Of a stretch of 64,000 nt of DNA, positions 37,011 through 48,219 are shown in pieces. Position numbers and translations under genes: made by a program. Source of the stretch: Basidiobolus meristosporus CBS 931.73 (lineage: Eukaryota; Fungi; Basidiobolomycota); assembly GCA_002104905.1 (NCBI GenBank), contig MCFE01000231.1, positions 1 to 64,000 on the forward strand, given 5' to 3'. The notes beneath the pieces were generated by a model. The model ran no database searches, was not told the DNA's origin, and was given only the letters and a program-made list of their open reading frames with translations. Numbering within the stretch: the stretch's first letter is position 1; every line of letters starts with the position of its first letter.

Positions 37011-39405
37011 TTGGATCCACCCATGGGACCAAATTATATTTCATAGGGACCCCACTGCTGATAGCAACAGAAGAATGATTGAACAACAGCTTGCTTTGAC
37101 ATTCAGTGCAACAAGTGGGTCTACATCCAAAAAAGGCCCTGTGGACAGCGCGCCCATTGAAGGTAATAATGCGGACTCCTCAGGCTCTCATTCAACTAGG
37201 CAATTGAGAATCTCTGCAGAGCCACAAGCTGACCATTATGCACAGGCAGATGAGAATATAGACAACGCAGTACCCTCAGTTGAAGACCAGCAAGTTGCCA
37301 TGATAACATCACTACCACCCTTATTAGCAAGTATGTTGTCAGCTCATACCAAAGCATTAATGAAACAATCAGGTGCAGTGGCTGATAGGATAAATGCAAT
37401 GGCCCAAAGAAGTCATGAAATAGTCCAGAAACAGAATGAGTGGATAATACATGTCAAGAAATCAATATCCCAGGTAGAGAAAGCAGTATCTTTGCTGCAA
37501 AGAAGGAACTCAAGTAGCTCAATGTCACAGCCAGGAATGGAGCCATTCCCCAATGTAACAGCAGAGGAACACTGTAAAGTCTTTGAAGCACAACAACAGT
37601 GCTCAGAGATAAGGCCCACAGAGAAATCTATCACAGTGTGGGAGGGAGACAATGGGGTGTTTATGCCAGAGCCTATAAATCAAAAGACATTGAAGATCCA
37701 TGAAGCTGTTGAGTACAATAATGAAGAGTGGGCTAATATACAAGAGGCCATCAGAAGTCTAGTATGCCATCACCTTAACACCAGCATACCATGGGCCCAT
37801 CAGGAACTCAAGACCAAGCAGAATGAACTTGACTTGTTCCATGTGCATTATTCTAAATTCAAACAGGTAAACAGATTTTGGACCTGCATTGGTATGCTAA
37901 GAAAGTATCTTAAGAATAGCAGAAACTATCAAAGGCAGAAGAACAAGGGTGCCAGGGCTAAAAATCAGCGGTTTCCTCAAGAACCCATTACAAGCAGGGC
38001 CAAAAGCTCCAGACAAGCGTCAAAGAGACATCAGGTAGCTGGAAGAGTGCCAATTAGTGACAAGCAGGCACACACACATGCAACAGCACAACATTCATCA
38101 AGGAAAAAGCGTAGTACCACTTAAGAAGCACCCAGTCAAAGCAGCAGTGAAGGGCCTGGCAGTGATAAAAGCCGGCTGCTTTTATGGGAGCCTATCATAG
38201 CTACAGTTGAGAGCTTAAGACACGCGGAAAAGAAATGTCAGGTTGCCAGAAGAGTGTCAGTAGGGGACAAGCAGGCCAAAATAGCTATGTCAGAGCAGAA
38301 TTTGTCCCGGAGAAAATGTAGTTCTTTACCAGAGGTACTCAGGCATAGTAGTAGTGAAAGACTTGGCAGTGATAAAGGAAAAGATGAAGGGAAAAATGTC
38401 TTCCCAAGCCTGAGACAGGGAGGCATGCAAAAAAAACTGCAGTTCTTGCCAATTAATGCCAAAAGCTTGGAACAGACTGAATCCCATCATAGCCAAGAAG
38501 AATTACAAACAAGAAAACAGCTGTTTTCACAAGAGTTGGAAGCACAGCCAGTTGAGCTACACTCCAGCAAGGTAGATGAGTTTGCTGAAAAAGGCAACTT
38601 GTCTACAACAGCCTCCACATCCTGCATTGTTGGCTGAGTGGAGATCCCACTGACAAACAAGGCTACAGCTTCAAGGGCTCAAAAGACTATCATAATGCCT
38701 TTAGTGGAATCTTGGAACATTAATAGGCAGACCAAGAGGTTGTAGCACTTCTTCAAGAGCAGTGCACAAGAAAATGCACCAGAATATTGCAAGGATCTAT
38801 TGAAAAGACTGGTAGATGAGGTGCTAGATGTTGCAGTGCAAGCTGAAGACCAGGACATGTGGCAACCAGTGAATGAACAGTGGCATAAGGCCATTGAGTT
38901 CCTGCCAAAGTTGTGGAACCAGAGTGTTGCAGCAGAAATACTTATTGAGTAGTGGATTTTAATGGAGTTACTTGTTGAGTGTGGGGTTGGGCTTAATGTT
39001 AATGTAGGGTATAGGGACTTGTATAGGTCAATATAATTGGCAATTGAGATACAACTGAAGTTTCAATGGAAATAAATCAATTTATATGCATAAAAAGTAA
39101 GCAAAATGGTTGAGTCAGGAAGTAAGGAGTGTGAAAAAGAGGCAATAGCCAATCAATGCACATAAACATAGGAAGCAATAGAGTGTCTGGGATCAGAAAG
39201 TGAGCAAATTGGCAGGGAACCAATCAAAAGCTACCCATACATGATTGTGATGAAAAGTTTGACCAAGTATTTTGTGAAATCTGGGATGCAATTATTTTTC
39301 AACAGTCTCTGGATGGTGTCCTGACAGGATTGGTACCTCTTAGTCACTGGGTTTTAACTTTGTGATGGCCTTTTGACAGGATCATCTCAATAATTTTTCA
39401 TAGGG

Positions 39406-41545
39406 AGCCAGTTGATGAGATGGAATCTGTGGATGTACTAATTACTGCACTGGACTCTACAACCATGGTTCAGCCAGAATCAGTGCCCAGGAATATCCCA
39501 GAAGTGATCATTCCAGCATCAAATGCCCAGAGATCCAATCAGACAAGAAATAGCCCAAGTTACCATATCAATGAGGGTACAAACTTTACCTATGCCTATT
39601 TAGTCCATATTGATGAACCTCAGACTGTAAAAGAGGCCCTAAATAGCCCTCAGACAAAGTTTTGGAGATCTGCAATGACTGAGGAATATCAGGCCCTAAT
39701 GGAAAATCAAACTTGGGACTTAGTCAAATTACCAATCAACCAAAAATCAATTGGATGCAGATGGGTCTTCAAGACAAAATATAAGGCTGATGGTACAGTT
39801 GAAAGATACAAAGCAAGACTTGTAGCCAAAGGATACTCTCAAGCAAAAGGACTTGATTATACTGAGACCTTTGCACCGGTAGCCAAGTTTAATTCCATCA
39901 AATTAATATTGGCTATTGCAGCCAAATATAAGTTTTTTATTCATCAAATGGATGCAAAAACTGCATTTTTGATTGAAGAACTTGATGAGGATGTGTATAT
40001 GGACCAGCCTGATGGGTTTGCTGACCAAGATAACCCCCATTTGGTCTACAAGCTTAAGAAGTCACCATATGGTCTCAAACAATCACCAAGAGCCTGGAAT
40101 TGCAAGATAGATTCTTATCTGGAATCTTTGAGTTTCAAAAGGAGTAATGCTGACTATAGTATATACTATAAGTCAGATAGAGCAAATCCAGTTCTATTAG
40201 CTCTATATGTGGATGATCTTATTACAGCCACCAATAACCTGGAAACATTGGAAGAGACATAATGCAGCCTATTTAAGGAGTGCAAAATGTTGAATATAGG
40301 AGAACTCAGTTACTACTTGGGGATTGAGTTCTCTATAGACCAAAGTACCCAGACTATTACCCTAAGCCAATCCAAGTATATTCAAGATTTACTAAAGAAG
40401 TACAAAATGGAAGACTGTAAACCGGCAGCTACCCCAATGGATACAAACCTTAACTTGGTCAAAACTCAACCAAATCAAGAGAGCTTGGTGCCATCTGAAA
40501 GCCCTATCTTTCCTTATCAATCTATGGTCGGCAGTCTGATGTATTTAATGCTTGGAACACGTCCAGATATCTCAAATTCAGTGGGAGTTGTCAGCCAACA
40601 TAATCAGAACTATGGATCTGATCATATTACAGCAGTTAAGCAGATGTTTAGATACCTAAAAGGAACTGCTGATATCCGCTTAAGATAAACTTGTAAGGAT
40701 TCAGAACAGGATCTTGTGGGATACCCTGATACTGATTGGGGACAAAACTTGGAAGACAGAAGATCTACCACAGGATACACCTTTCTTTACTGCAAAGGAG
40801 CAATTTCATGGAACTCAAGAAAGCAACCAACCATAGCACTTTCTACCACAGAGGCAGAGCATATGGCAGCCTGTGAAGCTACAAAAGAAGTAATGTGGTT
40901 AAGAAAGCTTTTTACAGATTTAGGCCTATGTCAAAAATGCCTATTACTTTATTTCAAGATAATCAAGGATGTATACAATTAGGTAGATATCCAACTTTTC
41001 ATGCTAGAACCAAGCACATAGATATTAGACATCATTTCATACATGAAGCTATAGAGAATAACTTAGTTAGCTTAACTTACTGTCCTACAGATGAAACAAT
41101 TGCAGACATATTTACCAAACCATTAGCTAGAGACAAGTTTGAATATCTTAGGTCAAAATTAGGACTAGTCAGTATGAGCATTTAGCTGAGTGGGAGTGTC
41201 GTAAAAATTTGTATTTCCACCTAAATATTCACCTTACTTAGTCACTTAGATCATTACCTTCATATCCTGGAGAATACTGACCAAATTCCTTGTTGATATT
41301 TACTTAGAATATTTTCATCAAAATACCAGGTACCTAGAACATGAAAATCCTCAAAGTTGTCCAAACAGCCCCAAACCTTGCACACATGCTCTTGGGACCT
41401 TTCTTAACCTATTCTACAGGTTTTTTATGCCAAGACCATGTAAAAGTATAAATTCTACTTTTACATTCAATAAATCATTAAGTGAAAACCACATAATCTA
41501 CTTGTTCTCCCAATCACTTCCAATATGTCCAAGACTCTTACAACA
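39406..41545 (+). mobile_element. Copia family C2 3' half (RT, RNase H, PPT, 3' LTR 41197-41545)
   Basis: EPQTVKEAL, WVFKTK, RYKARLVAKGYSQ, HQMD, LYVDDL, YQSMVGSLMYL..TRPDI, ALSTTEAE, RTKHIDIRHHF, ADIFTKPL. LTR follows GAGTGGGAG. Confidence 0.95.
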
Positions 41546-42735
41546 ATATTTAGTGCTATGTGGTATGAATAGTCTATCTTCACTTGTTGCAGCATTTCCA
41601 TATTTAGGCTTTTTCTGCTGACTATCTCTCTTTTTGAAGCACTGGTCTGATATGTGTCCTTTCCTTTTGCAGTAGCTACAAAACAGGTTGCTATTGCCTT
41701 TGAAAGGTCTTGGGTATCAACTTTGTTGGTTAGCATTGCTTGTTAAAACATTTTCTTCTTCCTTCTTATTGGCACTTGATTTTCTTAATTCTTCATCCAG
41801 GAGCCTTCCATATATGTAATTTAAGGTCAAAGCTTTAGTTCTGGACTCTAGGGGTGATACAAGGCCCTGAAATTCATCTGTCAGGCTATTCAGGATGGAT
41901 ACCATCACATCCTCATCAGTAGTTGGTACCTTCACATATTCCATCTCATCCACTGTCAGGGTAATTCTGTTAATTAGATTTGTCATTTCTTCTCCTGGCT
42001 GCATCTTTGTAGTAAAGAACTTTTGTCTCAGAAGCTTTTTCTTAGCAGCTGAACATGACTGGTAGGTGTCTTCTAATGCCTTCCGGGCATTCTTTGCCGT
42101 TTTTGCTCTTGAGTATTGAATTAGCAATTTGTCTTTAACATTGAGGCATATGCAGTTATAGGCACTTTGTTCTTTCTTCTGGTACTTTAAGGCTTCCTCT
42201 CCCACATTTTTAGGAGTGCATTCTTCTCCCATGACATTATCCCAAAGGCCTCTTTCTTGTAGCAGCATCTTCATCTTCACCTTCCACACTTGGTAGTTAG
42301 ATCCATCCAACTTTTAAGCAGAGGGAAAATTTCCAGTAATAGCAGTAGTAGACATTGCAGAGAGTGACAGCTTGGGGCTCATAACCTGTTGTAAGAGTCT
42401 TAGAGATAATGGAAGTGAATGGGAGGACAAGTAGATTATGTGGTTTTCAATTAATGATTTATTGAATGTAAAAGTAGTACTTAGTCTATTCTGCATTCTT
42501 GTAATGCTAAGACCATGTAAAAGTATAAGGAAGATCCCAAGAGCATGTGTGCAAAGCTTGAGGCTGTTTGGACAACTTTGAGAATTTTCATGTTCTAGGT
42601 ACCTGGTATTTTGGTGAAAATATTCTAAGTAAGTCCCATCAAGGAGTTTGGTCAGTATTCTCTGGGATTTGAAGGTAATGATCTAAGTGACTAACTTAGG
42701 TGAATATCTAGGTGGAATTATGAATTTTTACAACA
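41546..42735 (-). mobile_element. Copia C2 5' portion (LTR 42387-42735, PBS, gag with CCHC knuckle)
   Basis: LTR is an inverted copy of 41197-41545. GGTTATGAGCCCC abuts it. Gag ORF 41717-42310 continues to CSYCKRKGHISDQC near 41650-41690. Confidence 0.92.
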
Positions 42736-43444
42736 ATAATTTGGTGAAAATATTCCAAGTAAATCCTGTCAAGAAATTTGGTCAGGACAGAATGCTAATC
42801 AAAGAGTAAGACCTATGTGACTAAGTTAGTATGAATATTTAGGTGACAACTTAATATTACAACAATTAAAGGCACTCTGCTCTTTCTTCTGGTGCATTGA
42901 GGCTTCTTCTTCCATGTTTTGTGGAGGGCATTCCTCCTCCATAACAATATAAAAAGGCCTCTTTCCTGTAACCACATCTTCATCTTCTCTGTAAACACCT
43001 GGTAGTTAGATCTATCCAACTATTCATCCAAGGGGAAAATTCCAGTAATATCAGTAAGTGACATTGCATAGAGTGACAGTTTGGGGCTCATAATTGGTTG
43101 TAAGAATCTTGGAGATTTTAGAAGTGAAAGTGAGAACAAGTAGTTTATGTGATTTTCACTTAAGGATTTGTTGAATGTGAAAGTGGCATTTGTACTTTTA
43201 CATGGTCTTGGCAAACAAAACATGTAGAGTATACTCAGGAAGATCCCAACAGCATGTGGGCAAGGTCTGAGGCTGTGCAGGCAACTCATCCAATTTTCAT
43301 GCTCTGGGCACCTGATATTTTGGTGAAAATATTTTAAGTAAATCTTGACAAGGAATTTGGTCAGTATTCTCCAAGATTTGTAGGCAATGATATGAGTGAC
43401 TAAACAGGGAGAATATTTAGGTGGAATTACAGATTTTTACAACA
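42736..43444 (-). mobile_element. Partial LTR duplication (42736-42863) plus a further C2 5' end (gag start, decayed PBS, LTR 43097-43444)
   Basis: Repeats 42620-42735 and 42180-42735. Translates to MDRSNYQVFTEKMKMWLQERGL. Confidence 0.85.
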
Positions 43445-43499
43445 ACTTTTGGGGTACAAAGCAGTGTATAGAATTTAAGAGGCTGAAGTAGCTGGAAGC

Positions 43500-43640
43500 A
43501 CAGAGAGCATACTCAGTATCTATGGCACTCTGAGTCTAGCTGGTCTCCAGTACAGACAGTGAAACACAGGGTCCACTCTGCATGTATGTGTAAGCTGAGT
43601 TTTGCAATGTGTGGCAAAGCACAATATCACTTTGCCTTGC
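43500..43640. repeat. Degenerate relative of the foldback MITE interior
   Basis: GGCACTCTGAGTCTAGC and GTGAAACACAGGGTCCACTCTGCATG resemble 9021-9037 and 9340-9365. No TIR seen. Confidence 0.35.
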
Positions 43641-44802
43641 TGACACTGTTAGTATCTCCTCCACAATAGTCTTACTCTCCACAAGTAACTCCCCATCTAA
43701 GTTAAGTGAATATTTAGATGTAATTGCAGATCTATACCACTTCTAATACCAACAAAGAAATCTGATAGGATTTTTAGTTCATATGTTATGCTCCAAACCG
43801 TCAAGTTGTTGTAAACATCTGGATGTGAGCACAAATCTACGGTGCCATGCATTCTGTCAATATCTAAATAAGTAGTACTCCATGATCTGAATGCCAAGTT
43901 GTGATTTAAATAAACTAGATCTATTGCACAATATAAGATAGCATGAAGAAACAATGATCAGTTGATATTGTTTTTTGCTCCCACAACTCTTTCAAGTTAA
44001 ACGAAGTCTTTGTGTTGACAAGCCCAGCTATGGTGTTACTGCAGGGTATAGAAAGATGTTTACGTTGAGTGGGGACTTCCAGAAGACCTCCGACTTGGAA
44101 AAGATGATTGAGTGCTAAAACCAGGATATACTTTCATAATCCTGGTGGATGTAGACAGAGACCGGGGATCTTATCCCAAACAATTTAGTACAGCCCAATA
44201 ACACCACTCGAGTCTTCGACCATATCACATGGCAACAATATAACTAGCGCACTCAATAAACTTTTTCGTCTTGCGCGAGTTAAAGAATATTACTGGCATA
44301 TGATCAACAATGAGGAGCTAGCATCTCCGCTACAGTAACCTAGTATCAGTTAACCTAACAGTCAGCTGAAGCTTCGCCCACCAACAGAAATCGGCAGATC
44401 AAGAGCACATTGGGTTACATTGTTATTTGATATAGTACTCAACTTCCTCTGGACCGGGAGTTGGTAGTTATTACCATTTTATTGTAACACGTTTTCAATC
44501 AATTGCTAGCTATGTTGGTGGGGGCAACAAACAAAAAAATGCAACCTGTGCGACTGCATATGCGATTACATGAATTTGTACGCATTAAGTTGTGATCATT
44601 CTACGACCACTTGGGGCTCAACCAGTGTTGATCGGTATGCTGTAATCAATCTTCTATCCCGGCTCATTCGGTCTGGAGTATCTGCGGATCAGCCTAGTGT
44701 ATTTATAACCAACAGCCATTGATTTTTCCCGCCCGGAAGGTCATCTGGGTATATAAACCCTGAACAAGTCACCCCGCTCATTAGCCAGACTCACCATTAG
44801 AT

Positions 44803-45818
44803 ATGCTCTGTAGCGCCATTCAGCAGCCATCCAAGAACCCTCCCTCATTTCTTCCTGTGCCAACTCTGACAGAAAAAGTCACTATAGGCACCAACCGAAA
44901 GCCAATCACCATTCGATATCAACTCTTTGGCACTGGAACGAAACATAGAGTACTGTTTGTCACAGGTAGATCGGTCTTGGGATGATGCTTTTCTTTGGAC
45001 ATTAACATTGATATCGTGGCCACTTCTTAGGTATCAATAGTGTTTGCGAGACGTGGTTTCCTCAGACGCAATATTTTGGAAGCTTAAGCAACTATCAAGT
45101 GTGCACGTTCGATCTGCGTGGAAGCGGAGAGAGCACATCGCACCATGGCTTCTTCACGACCAAAACTCTGGCTCAGGACGCATTGGACCTTCTGAGCCAT
45201 TTAAAATGGGACAAGGAAGTCCACCTTGTTGGCCTTTCTTTGGGCGGAATGATTGCGCAGAGAATGGTTACATTATCTCCCGAAATATTTGCAACTGTGA
45301 CGCTCACTAGCACTTGGCATTCGTTCCTTGCGTCGGTACCCAAGGTTAAAGGGGTGCTGTTTACTGTACGGACCATGAATAAATCACTCAAGGAAATCAC
45401 CAGAGCCCTTGTCAAGATAAACTATCCCCAAAAATGGCTGAAGTCGGAATCCCAGGGGGTACTTGGGAAGACTAACTTGCAGGTATTGACTGAGGTTATG
45501 GACAACATCAACTCTGCAGTCCCCAATCAATCGGCCTTGGCCGCCTTTCCGCAGAAACTATGCGGTATTCTTCATCACAGCAATCCCCGGCGCCTTCGTA
45601 AAATCGCTAAGAATGGAACGAGGTTCATGATTGTCCATGGCACCAAGGATACCGCCATCCCCTATTCCTTTGGCAAGGCCCATTCAAAGCAACTTGGATG
45701 TCCACTCATCACCTTCGAGGGGTGTGGTCACATGTTGGTGATTCAAGAAGCTGACAAGTACAATCGATTCCTGCAAAACCATATAGAAGGCCGTGAGATA
45801 TCGTCCACATACACATGA
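44803..45818 (+). CDS. Alpha/beta-fold hydrolase, 2 exons (intron 44966-45030)
   Basis: The GT-AG intron joins RVLFVTG|INSVCETW. Motifs TFDLRGSGES, nucleophile elbow LVGLSLGG, VHGTKD and catalytic His EGCGHM. Confidence 0.9.
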
Positions 45819-47337
45819 TATCACCGTGGTTTACAAGTAACTTAATTACCCCTAATATCACTTGGCTCCGTGTATCTTTTGTGTAAATATCGCCATTAAT
45901 TAAGAGATGCGAACCACTATAAACTTCACACTTGCTTACCCGTTTACCAATTCCCTTGGAGTGGCCATGCTCGCGAGCACTCGGCTTCCTGCGATTCTGC
46001 TGTCAAGTGAACTCGAAGCACAGCACATACCCAGCAGCTGAGATATTTGTAATGCATGGGAATGCAGAAACTATATCATAAACAATCGATCCCCGTTAGT
46101 CTGATCAGACCCTGTATCAGATCCAATTCCCTTGAGTAACCATGCAATACTTGCTGTGCCAGTTAGACACATTACCTCGGCAAGATGGGGGCATCTCACC
46201 TTGAAGTCCACCAAGTGCCACTGTTTGATGCAGTTTGGATGCTCGGCGCCGAATCTCCGGTTACCCGATTTGATGAATGCGATAGATAGGCAAAAGCATG
46301 GGAGCCTCGTACCACTGAATTGATTAGCTTGGCACTTGGATTAACGGATATTACCTTCTAGCTACCTTAAGAGGCAACTCGATTGGATCGCGGATCCCTG
46401 TAGCAGTTGGATATATGTCTGCCAACCCCCAACACCTCCTGTGATTGAAAAGTGACGTACGCCAGATGTAGCATACGCAGATTCATATCTGAGAAATCAC
46501 AGGATCCAGGTCGAGGCTGGTCTAGCATAGACTAGTCAAGAATCAGAATTATGTAGGAGGCCTCCTGGCGTATGGCCGACTCCATAGCTGAGGCACCCAA
46601 GCTCTACACTCGCACTGTCAAGTCATGACAATTATCACCCGACAGAGTCGCCTTCCGTGAGAGCCGATACTTGTATAGCCAAGGCCTCTCTGCAGGCTAC
46701 GCTGTCGCGCAGGACGAACATCATAACTTCAATACAAAGCAACAGTGAATGTTATGGCGGAACCCCGTCATTGGACCCAGAACAATGTCGAATGCCAATT
46801 AATATTATTACTGGTATTTCGTCAATAATCAGTCCATCACATGCCAAAATCCCTCTAGTCGCCACATGTGGAAAATTCTGGATATTACAAATGCGACGAG
46901 TCATGGACGACATGCTATTCGAGAAAGCCCACTGGTGTTTAGGGAAGTGGAGGAGCAAGGTAACCTAGAACTTGCGCTGGGCCTTAGTGCCCCTGATGGT
47001 GTGCTAGCTTTATCGAGAAAGAAAGCTGTCGATGCATGCTTTGATTTGGCAACTTATCATCCGGGTTATATGAAAAGTCATGATAGCATATGCTAACTAT
47101 TTTGCTGTATCAGCAAGAAAAACCACCACTAAATTAAGCGCCAGTACCATATGAGATAGAACACTCCTGTTAGCAATTGGTTTAGTTCCACCAACATATC
47201 AGATATGGCTCCCGTCTACGAATACATCACCAATTCGCAGATGAAATCCCTACTGACGCTGCAGGCTTTGTAGTGCTTTTGGTTCGCAGACGGAGCGGGC
47301 TATACTAGTATCTCATGACGCGAATATTGGCTATCTA

Positions 47338-47772
47338 TTGGGTTTCTGGATTATAAAAGCCGCCTGGGTTGGATGTTTCATCTATTCGATGATGAACTCT
47401 CATGTTCAGCACATCAATCCACTGCCGAAAGGCATCGCCAAAGCACTCTCTCTATTTGAGGCGGCTCTGCAGCTTACAAGCGACTTTCTATTCGATGTTA
47501 ACTTTGGAAACTTGGAGTTTGATGTTGCTCTTTGGAGCTGCGCTCCTATTGGGACAGATACCCACTGCTGCCCAGCCATGTACCGCCTTCCTATAATCTA
47601 CTATGTTGGAGATGAGATATGCGCGGTATGTCTCATGGATTTAGATTCCTTGAAATATGCGATTCGAGCGATGCCATGTCACCACATGTTTCACCAGGAA
47701 TGCTTGTTTCGATGGCTAAAGACCACAAATGCATGCCCATACTGTAGATGCAAGGTCGAAGAATCTTTGTAA
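47338..47772 (+). CDS. RING-H2 protein (true start uncertain)
   Basis: CAVC..PCHHMFHQEC..WLKTTNACPYC. The track start is a TTG; the frame is open from 47257, and the upstream ATG at 47205 is out of frame. Confidence 0.7.
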   Translation: MGFWIIKAAWVGCFIYSMMNSHVQHINPLPKGIAKALSLFEAALQLTSDFLFDVNFGNLEFDVALWSCAPIGTDTHCCPAMYRLPIIYYVGDEICAVCLMDLDSLKYAIRAMPCHHMFHQECLFRWLKTTNACPYCRCKVEESL

Positions 47773-48219
47773 GACACCACATCAGCCTCTATTAGGAATA
47801 AAAATGAATCAAATCGGCTGGGTAGATCTAATTTTGGTGAGAGATTGAAGGTTAAGACCATTAAGGTCACTGCCTATTATCGTGCAGTCATTAACTCGGT
47901 ATAGTAATAACAGAGGCCTATTGCTAAACTTCACATTTAGAACATCTTCGTACAACCTGCTGCTGCCATTTATGTGCACGGAATAATAGCTGAATGTCTT
48001 GTTTCCAGTAAATTACATAATTACAAGGCTTTATTGTTCATGGAACAAGCTATGAGGGATGGTTATACATTAACTGTGGTGTGTAAGATCACCTGTTGAT
48101 TAGAAATTGGTGTTTTCATGGAGACTTTGTAGTAGTGTGGTTGGTCTATACAGCTTCGTAAAATATATGCAGTTGTGGTGAAAGAGCCTATACTAAAGGT
48201 GATCAGCAATGGGATCTTG

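Larger units (their letters stand above)
30485..37048 (+). mobile_element. Complete CACTA/CMC element, youngest copy
   Basis: TIRs CCCTATGAAA (15/17 match over 17 bp) and 4-bp TSD ACCC (30481-30484 / 37049-37052), resolved against the empty site at 32828-32848 (-). Confidence 0.93.
27646..39405 (-). mobile_element. CACTA/CMC host copy (transposase on - from ATG 30215; ORF2 on + resumes at 37049; TIR ends at 39405), containing a younger copy of itself
   Basis: 27646-30484 and 37049-39405 join into the reverse complement of 30485-36020. TIR ...TTTCATAGGG at 39396-39405. Confidence 0.9.

Noticed and set aside
1-43700. Ascomycete-type RIP (CpA to TpA) as the cause of decay
   Set aside because: Differences between copies are dominated by CpG to TpG/CpA. 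The few CAA to TAA or TG to TA cases are too sparse to call without a context-specific mutation count.
43697-43954. 85-aa minus-strand ORF at the TE/gene boundary
   Set aside because: No recognisable motif or splice context; could be an exon or chance.
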